DNA of 55,136 bases from a virus (Duplodnaviria > Caudoviricetes), in IMG/VR virus record IMGVR_UViG_3300035199_000963, positions 1-55,136 of that record. One strand, given 5' to 3'. The notes beneath the pieces were generated by a model. The model saw only the letters and a list, made by a program, of their open reading frames with translations, was not told the DNA's origin and ran no database searches. The translations under genes and the position numbers were made by a program. Positions 49,035-55,136 of the stretch are shown here, in pieces; the first letter of the stretch is position 1; each line of letters starts with the position of its first letter.

Positions 49035-50403
49035 ATACCTCCTCGATAGAAAGCAGAGTTAAGCCGTGATCAATGGCGAACTTATCTAAGTCGCCACCTT
49101 TTGTCATCGTGCCATCATCATTCATAATCTCACAAATAATTGTGGCCGGCTTCAAGCCAGCTAATTTTACTAGCTCCACAGACCCCTCGGTATGTCCTCG
49201 GCGTTCCTTCAGCAGCCCGGGACGGGCACGGAGCGGGAACAAGTGTCCCGGGCGTGTTAGGTCCGTAGGTACTGCCTCGTCGTCCAGTAAGACGTCTAAG
49301 GTTCGAAGGCGGTCATGGACCGACATGCCGGTTGTGGTGCCCTCAGCGGCGTCCACAGACACAGTAAACGGTGTTTCATTCCTGTCTGTGTTCTCTACTA
49401 CCATAGGGGGGATCTCTAGCCGATCCAGCATTTCCCCTGTCATAGGAACACACATCAGCCCTCTAGCGTGATTCATCGTAAAAACAAGATTATCTACCGA
49501 TGCCATCTCGGCCGCGATTACAATATCTCCCTCATTCTCTCGATCATACTCATCAATAAGAACAACAGGTTTACCCTGACGTAATTCTTCCAGAGCATTC
49601 TGTATTTTTCTACTTTTCAACATGTTTTTCTCCTTGTTTGAATTAGAATCAGTAATAAACTTGTCGACTTTTGAAGACATGGCTTTAATTTCCAGCCACT
49701 TCTTAAAGTCATCCAGATCAGTGGGTGTGTCCATGGACCTCATATCCAATATGTTATAATCACACACGATCTTATTATCGTTAATCGCCTCGTTGAATAC
49801 TGGGGAGATATAGAACTCGCCATTAACGCGGACATCATTCTCAATCATCTTTTTGGCGTAGTGAACAAAATCACTCCCCTTCCTCCAGTAAAAAGCCCCT
49901 GCTAATGCTGTGTCCGAAATTGCTTCCTTCTCGGCGACCTGTACAACGCGCCCCTCGTCGCTAACCTCAGCGTAACTCCAACTACTGTTTCCGGAGTCAT
50001 CTTTAAAGGTGAATAACATGGCATCAAAAACGCCGGTGTTTACCCTGTCTACGAAGGTTTCCGCTTCCCATAAGAAATAGTTATCGCAATTAACGATTAA
50101 GAGTTCATCATCATTGTTTATTTGGGACTCGGCTAAAAGAGCACTGCATGCCTGCCCCTCAGTTACCTCGTCAAGCACAACAATGTCACAATTGGGCACT
50201 ATGTTCCTCAGGGTGACATCCATATGATATTTTTCAATGTGTTCTTTCTGGACTATAAACACATAGTTTCCCTCAATGTTCAGTCCTTCTATGACACGTT
50301 CAATCATCGGTTTGCCCGCGACGTCGATCAAAGGTTTGGGGAGGTTATAACCTACTTCCTTAAATCTCTTACCCTCACCTGCCATCGGTATTAATATATT
50401 CAC
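49006..50403 (-). CDS. ribB: fusion: sugar nucleotidyltransferase + 3,4-dihydroxy-2-butanone-4-phosphate synthase
   Basis: N-terminal ~240 aa: LIPMAGEGKRF...PKPLIDV...DTPTDL. C-terminal ~205 aa: DRENEGD, GLMCVP, FTVSVDA..GTTTGMS..DR, RPGHLFPL, RRGHTE, ICEIMNDDG. Confidence 0.92.
   Translation of the reverse strand: MNILIPMAGEGKRFKEVGYNLPKPLIDVAGKPMIERVIEGLNIEGNYVFIVQKEHIEKYHMDVTLRNIVPNCDIVVLDEVTEGQACSALLAESQINNDDELLIVNCDNYFLWEAETFVDRVNTGVFDAMLFTFKDDSGNSSWSYAEVSDEGRVVQVAEKEAISDTALAGAFYWRKGSDFVHYAKKMIENDVRVNGEFYISPVFNEAINDNKIVCDYNILDMRSMDTPTDLDDFKKWLEIKAMSSKVDKFITDSNSNKEKNMLKSRKIQNALEELRQGKPVVLIDEYDRENEGDIVIAAEMASVDNLVFTMNHARGLMCVPMTGEMLDRLEIPPMVVENTDRNETPFTVSVDAAEGTTTGMSVHDRLRTLDVLLDDEAVPTDLTRPGHLFPLRARPGLLKERRGHTEGSVELVKLAGLKPATIICEIMNDDGTMTKGGDLDKFAIDHGLTLLSIEEVYEAAYNESL
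49621..49635 (-). promoter_or_regulatory. internal in-frame ribosome-binding site and ATG at the start of the RibB domain
   Basis: Minus strand AAGGAGaaaaacATG. The same AGGAGAAAAA signature precedes the starts at 50403, 47729 and 41545. Confidence 0.65.
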
Positions 50404-50418
50404 TGCGTTTTTCTCCTT

Positions 50419-51300
50419 TTATTCCCAATCGGCGTGCAACGCGGCCGCCTTCTTCCACAATCCTGTATCCATCAAAAACCACTTCATCAACAAAATGCCG
50501 TTAACTGTCAAGAAAGGGGGATACCGGTGGAGATCCTTTGATCTCTCTTCTGGTGTTTTGAGCACCTCGTTGGTACGATATTGATCACGGCACGATTCTG
50601 GCCAGCCTGTGGTGGCAGCAGCCGAATAGTCACTTTCTGCTGGCAAATATTCTTTTAGCACCTTATCATAAACATGACAAAAGTGGTCCATATTTTCCGA
50701 ACTCGAATAAAACCACATGTCGGCTGGTCCCTCATTGAACAGATCCCAATACACCATGTAAAGTTGGTTCATATCCAGGCTAGGATCAAAATTAATGCAT
50801 TGGCATGCAAATGGGTTCTGCTTTCCTGGGCCGCTGGTTGCTCGGTTTATGCGCCCTAAGTCGAAACGAGCCTTAATAGCACAATCATAGGTAAAGCCAT
50901 GTTCTTCCTCATATTGCTTCTTAAGCTCAAAAGACTTCTGAGTCGAATAATATTGACTCAGCAGCCTCTCAGGACCCACATAGCCAGCGCCGTGTTTGGA
51001 TGTCATAGACCAGCTACCTAATTGTCCGTAGGGGTCCAAATCCTTTCGACTAACGTTATGTGCTTCGGCAACTTTTACAAAATCAATCTGTTCTTCCACC
51101 ATATATGATTTAGGCTGATATAGCTGCGCAACCTCCTCTTCGAGGTGCGGCTCCCAGTTGTGGTAAAATATATCTACCTCACAGTCATCTGTCGCCAGGT
51201 CGAGGATATGCTTCTTGATGTAAGCATGACCGTCGTGACCTCTTGACGTAGTATCTTTCAGTGAATCAAAGTATCCGGATAGACACAAAGCAATCTTCAT
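50419..51300 (-). CDS. putative glycosyltransferase (paralog of 42937-43971)
   Basis: KIALCLSG...SQYYS...YDCAIKARFD...ADMWFYSSSENMDHF. Confidence 0.5.
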   Translation of the reverse strand: MKIALCLSGYFDSLKDTTSRGHDGHAYIKKHILDLATDDCEVDIFYHNWEPHLEEEVAQLYQPKSYMVEEQIDFVKVAEAHNVSRKDLDPYGQLGSWSMTSKHGAGYVGPERLLSQYYSTQKSFELKKQYEEEHGFTYDCAIKARFDLGRINRATSGPGKQNPFACQCINFDPSLDMNQLYMVYWDLFNEGPADMWFYSSSENMDHFCHVYDKVLKEYLPAESDYSAAATTGWPESCRDQYRTNEVLKTPEERSKDLHRYPPFLTVNGILLMKWFLMDTGLWKKAAALHADWE

Positions 51301-51318
51301 AATTTCTTACCTTTACTC

Positions 51319-51347
51319 ATTATAATGTAATTTTTAGTATTTTTAAA
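51319..51347 (-). promoter_or_regulatory. sigma70-type promoter TTTAAA-N17-TATAAT
   Basis: In the 51-nt AT-rich gap upstream of 51300; perfect -10 with a 17-nt spacer. Confidence 0.55.
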
Positions 51348-51351
51348 CTGC

Positions 51352-51981
51352 TTATTCGCTAATCACTGGTATCTTTTTAAAGATATCAAACTCTGTCAAA
51401 TCACGATACGGTGGTTCTTCCGGCAAATCTTCTACATGTTCAGGGTAGTTCTGCATTAACATCAAGCCACGGCAGGCTTCCTCTGGGCTCATATACATAT
51501 TCCATCCCTCCTCAACAATATTATCTTCATGATAGGGTACGGTGCCACGGCCTTCGTATCTAGCTTTCTTATACCAATCCACAGCCTCCTTACTGTCGGT
51601 TAAGATCATACCACCCTTTCCAATCTTAAGATGTTTCTTAATATGAAAACTCAAGCACATGGTACTTTGAGGGATGTACATCTCTGAGGTGAGCCTCTTG
51701 GCTGCATCATAAATGGGGAATGGCTTAAGCTGGTATACCCCCTTCCATGCGATGTCTTCAAACTCTAGCTTGCCTCCAGCCTGCAAAATAGACTGCGGTG
51801 GGGAGAGGTAGGTTCTTTTTGGAATTATGACCTCCCTTCCCTCTATCTTGTGGTATTTGCACGCCAAAAAGATAGCGTTTGTACAGCTATTAACTGATAC
51901 TGCATAGGGCGCGCCGGTGTAGTGGGCGATCTCCTCCTCAAACATTTGAACTATCTTGTAGGGGTTATGAAGCATAAGCAT
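51352..51981 (-). CDS. short DegT/DnrJ/EryC1/StrS PLP-dependent sugar aminotransferase
   Basis: FEEEIAHYTGAPYAVSVNSCTNAI, YDAA, SFHIKKHLKIGKGGMILTD and GWNMYMS motifs. Likely start ATG 51981 or 51975 (about 208 aa). Confidence 0.8.
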   Translation of the reverse strand: MLMLHNPYKIVQMFEEEIAHYTGAPYAVSVNSCTNAIFLACKYHKIEGREVIIPKRTYLSPPQSILQAGGKLEFEDIAWKGVYQLKPFPIYDAAKRLTSEMYIPQSTMCLSFHIKKHLKIGKGGMILTDSKEAVDWYKKARYEGRGTVPYHEDNIVEEGWNMYMSPEEACRGLMLMQNYPEHVEDLPEEPPYRDLTEFDIFKKIPVISE

Positions 51982-53539
51982 TTGCCTCCCACTTGTGTAT
52001 GACGCAGAATATATTATGCTCTTCTGCCAGTTCATCAAGTGAGTGGGATGCTTTTATGACTTCGGATTCATTTCCAAAGTCAATAGGTGCGTAATCGCCC
52101 TGGAAGAGCTCTACGGAAGCTTTGCCTAGTCCAATCAGGTGATGTGTTTTCTTTATTTTCTTAAGCAATTGCATTTTGCGTGGTTGACCATAAAAAGTAT
52201 GAATTTCCATGGCAATGAGATCGATTTTGTCATATTCATCAAAATTTTCAAAAATCTCATACTCGCTTCCCTCGCAATCAACCTTGAGGTAGCTAATCCT
52301 ATCTTCGCCAGTGAGGGTAAAAATATCTTTCAATGAGATCGTTTGGCATGTCTCACCAATATCTACAAAGGATTCATTCTCGAAATCTGCACAAGTGATA
52401 TCTTTACTATGGTGGTCGTCGTGTACTCGAAGCTGTAGGGTGTCGCCGCTTTCCCCGGTTACAGCTTTTTGTATTATTTCTACATTATCAATCTTCAACT
52501 CTTCAAGCAGTCCTCTCATAATATCGCAATGTTCCTCTAGAGGCTCAAATGCATATATTTTTTTGAATACAGAATGAGCATATGCCGGAAACCCTCCCAC
52601 GTTGGCCCCGATATCAATAGCAACTCCCTGTGGGGTCTTTGACACAGGATAACTAGCCGCGCACTCCTTCAGACTATCGGTCAGCCATTCATATATTGCG
52701 TGGTGCGAAGATAAGTTGGGGAACTTAGTACTAAGGACTTGGTGGGCGCTGCGGGACGCCCACTGGGCGCTGCTCATTGTAGTATCCACTCTTTTTACGC
52801 CAGGGCGCTTAAGATATTCTTTAAAGCGCTTATTTAGAGCGAACACATTCTCAAGATCCTGCAGTTCTTCTTGCTTTCCATTTAAACAGTATTCGGTCAT
52901 GTCCGCATCGAGGCTTAAAAGCCCGCGGGCGAGGGGAATCAAATAGAACTCGTCGCCTAATCTCTCCAAGAGCGCCAATTTGCGCTCTGGTGAGTAATAC
53001 CCATGAACCTCCATGGCAAGAAATAGCACCTTATCAAAGTTCTGAAAATTCTCCAATATCTCGTACTCGCTTCCCTCACAGTCCATCTTTAAATAATGTA
53101 TCATATCGAGGTCAAGTCGTTCTAAAATATGGTCCAGACTAATCGTTTCGCACGTCTGTCCTATTTGTGTGAAATCATGTTCCGGAAGATCTAAACAAGT
53201 GACGCCTCCTGAGGAGCCGCAGGAGCCTAACTGCAGAGGAATATTCTTGCCACTTTCAGAGTGAACTGCCATGTTATAGATTTCAACATTAGAAATACCG
53301 GCCGCCTCCAGCACTTGCATAGCTACGTGATAGTTTTCCACCACCGGTTCAAAGGCATAGATTTTGTCGAAATGCTTGTGGGCGATCACGCAGAATCCAC
53401 CCACGTTCGCTCCTATATCTACCGCAGTTGGCAGAACTACGTTAGGCATAAGAGGATAAGAAGACTTGCATTCGGCAATAATCTCATTGATGTACCCGTT
53501 TAACGCCTCATCAGATTTGAAATTTTTAAACTTTTTCAT
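51965..53539 (-). CDS. tandem two-domain FkbM-family methyltransferase
   Basis: Two copies of (V/I)DIGANVGGF...IYAFEP...TISL...YLK(M/V)DCEGSEYEI...AME(V/I)H. Confidence 0.88.
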   Translation of the reverse strand: MKKFKNFKSDEALNGYINEIIAECKSSYPLMPNVVLPTAVDIGANVGGFCVIAHKHFDKIYAFEPVVENYHVAMQVLEAAGISNVEIYNMAVHSESGKNIPLQLGSCGSSGGVTCLDLPEHDFTQIGQTCETISLDHILERLDLDMIHYLKMDCEGSEYEILENFQNFDKVLFLAMEVHGYYSPERKLALLERLGDEFYLIPLARGLLSLDADMTEYCLNGKQEELQDLENVFALNKRFKEYLKRPGVKRVDTTMSSAQWASRSAHQVLSTKFPNLSSHHAIYEWLTDSLKECAASYPVSKTPQGVAIDIGANVGGFPAYAHSVFKKIYAFEPLEEHCDIMRGLLEELKIDNVEIIQKAVTGESGDTLQLRVHDDHHSKDITCADFENESFVDIGETCQTISLKDIFTLTGEDRISYLKVDCEGSEYEIFENFDEYDKIDLIAMEIHTFYGQPRKMQLLKKIKKTHHLIGLGKASVELFQGDYAPIDFGNESEVIKASHSLDELAEEHNIFCVIHKWEANAYAS

Positions 53540-53925
53540 TTTTTGTCCAGTAAGTAGTACTTCTTTACAAACCCACAGCTTTCAAAGAGCTTCAGGCTTG
53601 CTTCGTTGTTTAGTTTAATTTTGGCCACACAATCAGGATGCAGCTTCACCATTTCGTTAACCATGAACTTTCCGATTCCTTGACGTTGAAAGTCCGGGTG
53701 AGTTGCAACTCCGATATCGTCCCCCATCACACGTATAAAGCCGGCTGGCTCGTCATCAGCCACACAAATATAGAATTTTTCTCCATATGTCATCATAAAC
53801 CTCATGTGTTGCTCAGGCTCAATATACTCTTGCTGTATAAACCCGGGGAGCGCACGAGGGTCATTGCGTAAGTTTCTTATAAACTCCCAATATTTAGATT
53901 CATTTTTGACGAGTTTTAAGCGCAC
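53536..53925 (-). CDS. GNAT N-acetyltransferase (PseH-like)
   Basis: FIRNLRND, HPDFQRQGIGK (acetyl-CoA motif A) and NEASLKLFESCGF. Start moved to GTG 53925, which overlaps the upstream gene by 10 nt. Confidence 0.82.
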   Translation of the reverse strand: MRLKLVKNESKYWEFIRNLRNDPRALPGFIQQEYIEPEQHMRFMMTYGEKFYICVADDEPAGFIRVMGDDIGVATHPDFQRQGIGKFMVNEMVKLHPDCVAKIKLNNEASLKLFESCGFVKKYYLLDKK

Positions 53926-54698
53926 GACTTGTATATGTCTCCAAGTGGCTGTCCTTTCCAATACGCCTTTAGGTAATCCCTCTCTAGCGACAGGTCCAGC
54001 CACTTGTGGAGTGTTGTCCCTATATCAATATAACTGTTTTTGGCGGATACTTTAAACAATTTGTGGATGAGTATCTCACTCAAGCTGCTAGCCGAGAAGA
54101 GAAACACGTGATTTTCTATTTTGTTTTCTATAACCCATGTAGATATTTCCTCAACTAAGTGGTGGTCATTGACAATACAGTTTTTTCCTACCCTGAAATC
54201 CTTTACAACCTCAAACGGAAGGTTGTCAAATGTGGCGTTTTCACTACAAACCATGACTATTTTATGATTTTTGAACTCTGGGACGAAATGATTGACGAAT
54301 AAGGGATAATTGGCATTAACGAAAAGATTGGGAGTTGTCCAATGTTCTTCTCCGTTCTGATAATGTTCTTTCAGCCATGGTATGAACTCCCCTATGGCAC
54401 ATGTGCAATTAGCACAGCCAGCGCCGACGAAGTAGTTCTTCTTTTCGAACACAAAAGAATCAAACAGCCCCTCCTTGACGTGAGCGTCGCGTTCTGGGAG
54501 AAACTCCTTGTAATCGTCCGCCGAATATCCGAAGTTATACCTGATGTCTCCCACCTCGACATGATCAGTTTCCAGAATAACCTTCTTGTTCTGCATAACG
54601 AAAACTTCACCATCAGAATATCGTGTGAAGGCAAAATGCTCCTTGTTCTTAAGCTTGTTTAAGAGTAGGAAAAAGTCTTCTACGTATCCCTTGGACAC
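53916..54698 (-). CDS. GT-D fold (DUF1792-like) glycosyltransferase
   Basis: FAFTRYSDGE (RxxDGE) N-terminal and YIDIGT C-terminal motifs. Confidence 0.6.
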   Translation of the reverse strand: MSKGYVEDFFLLLNKLKNKEHFAFTRYSDGEVFVMQNKKVILETDHVEVGDIRYNFGYSADDYKEFLPERDAHVKEGLFDSFVFEKKNYFVGAGCANCTCAIGEFIPWLKEHYQNGEEHWTTPNLFVNANYPLFVNHFVPEFKNHKIVMVCSENATFDNLPFEVVKDFRVGKNCIVNDHHLVEEISTWVIENKIENHVFLFSASSLSEILIHKLFKVSAKNSYIDIGTTLHKWLDLSLERDYLKAYWKGQPLGDIYKSCA

Positions 54699-54700
54699 TG

Positions 54701-55135
54701 CTATATTCCCTCAATTGCAAATATTTCCGCTATCTTCTCAGAAGTGTGTCCGTCACCGTAGGGGCACGGCTCGTCGGGGTCTGGAACAGGCTGTTCGTGG
54801 GCCCATGAGAAAGCTGCTGGCAGTTCATCCGGGGTGGGACACAACGTAGAGAACACTCCCATTCCTTCAACACGCTCGGTGGTCTTTCGACACACAATAC
54901 ACTTCTTTCTAAAAAATGATGACTCTTCCTGGAGTCCTCCGCTATCTGTTATGACAAAACGGCTCTGGGAAAGCAGTTTGACGAAGTCTTCGTACCCCAT
55001 GGGATCGACGACACTGACGTGGTCAAAAATATCTTTATGTTTATAAACATTTGGGTTGGGGTGGATAGGCAAAATGAATTCTAGATCTGGGTTTTGTGCA
55101 GCCAAGCTGTCAATAGTTTTAAACCAATCCTTAAT
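54701..55135 (-). CDS. wecB: UDP-N-acetylglucosamine 2-epimerase (5' part outside window)
   Basis: LPIHPNPNV, ITDSGGLQEE, RKTTERVEG and PYGDGHTSEKI motifs; frame is open to the window edge. Confidence 0.9.
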   Translation of the reverse strand: MKDWFKTIDSLAAQNPDLEFILPIHPNPNVYKHKDIFDHVSVVDPMGYEDFVKLLSQSRFVITDSGGLQEESSFFRKKCIVCRKTTERVEGMGVFSTLCPTPDELPAAFSWAHEQPVPDPDEPCPYGDGHTSEKIAEIFAIEGI

Positions 55136-55136
55136 C

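Noticed and set aside
51982-54003. Longer ORF-track starts for DegT (52038) and GNAT (54003); likewise 41566
   Set aside because: They extend into the upstream genes; downstream starts give short overlaps or a better SD and match the domain starts.
849-55046. Many short plus-strand and alternative-frame ORFs in the ORF track
   Set aside because: They overlap long minus-strand genes with recognisable motifs, show no motifs of their own, and look like shadow ORFs.
1-55136. Stop-codon reassignment, as in some large phages
   Set aside because: TAA, TAG and TGA all end genes at sensible domain boundaries, and coding density is already near complete with the standard code.
1-55136. tRNA, rRNA, CRISPR array, IS element or intrinsic terminator
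   Set aside because: Intergenic gaps are at most ~80 nt; I saw no cloverleaf, repeat-spacer pattern, transposase or GC hairpin with a U-tract by eye.

Overview
The window is a gene-dense 55 kb segment of a large tailed (myovirus-like) bacteriophage. All credible genes are on the minus strand and use the standard code, so they read from right to left. (1) 55136-41556 is a ~14 kb sugar-nucleotide and glycan modification cluster: partial WecB epimerase, GT-D-like glycosyltransferase, GNAT, tandem FkbM methyltransferase, a very short DegT aminotransferase, putative glycosyltransferases, a nucleotidyltransferase-RibB fusion, an APH-like kinase, a BcbF-like and a second HAD phosphatase, a transaldolase-like enzyme, a second nucleotidyltransferase, a sulfotransferase, a GDPD-like protein and dTDP-glucose 4,6-dehydratase. 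(2) 41545-39609 holds small genes, including a FmdB-like zinc ribbon and a phage sigma factor. (3) 39609-384 is a contractile-tail baseplate/fibre module: gp5-like hub with an amidase, a putative spike, a 2472-aa protein, gp25 and gp6 wedge proteins, a DNRLRE-like protein, a 4477-aa multi-LamG protein, FN3-like proteins and paralogous tail proteins. (4) A partial RuvC-like resolvase ends the window. The most notable signals are a candidate virion-glycosylation system (the cluster plus tail proteins rich in [S/T]-[G/A/S]-S motifs), a nucleotidyltransferase-RibB fusion with an internal RBS beside an aldolase/kinase/phosphatase set, LamG cassettes in the giant tail protein (one nested inside another LamG), a CTATTTA late-promoter candidate and GGCGCC over-representation. 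All calls come from motif recognition by eye; no searches were run.
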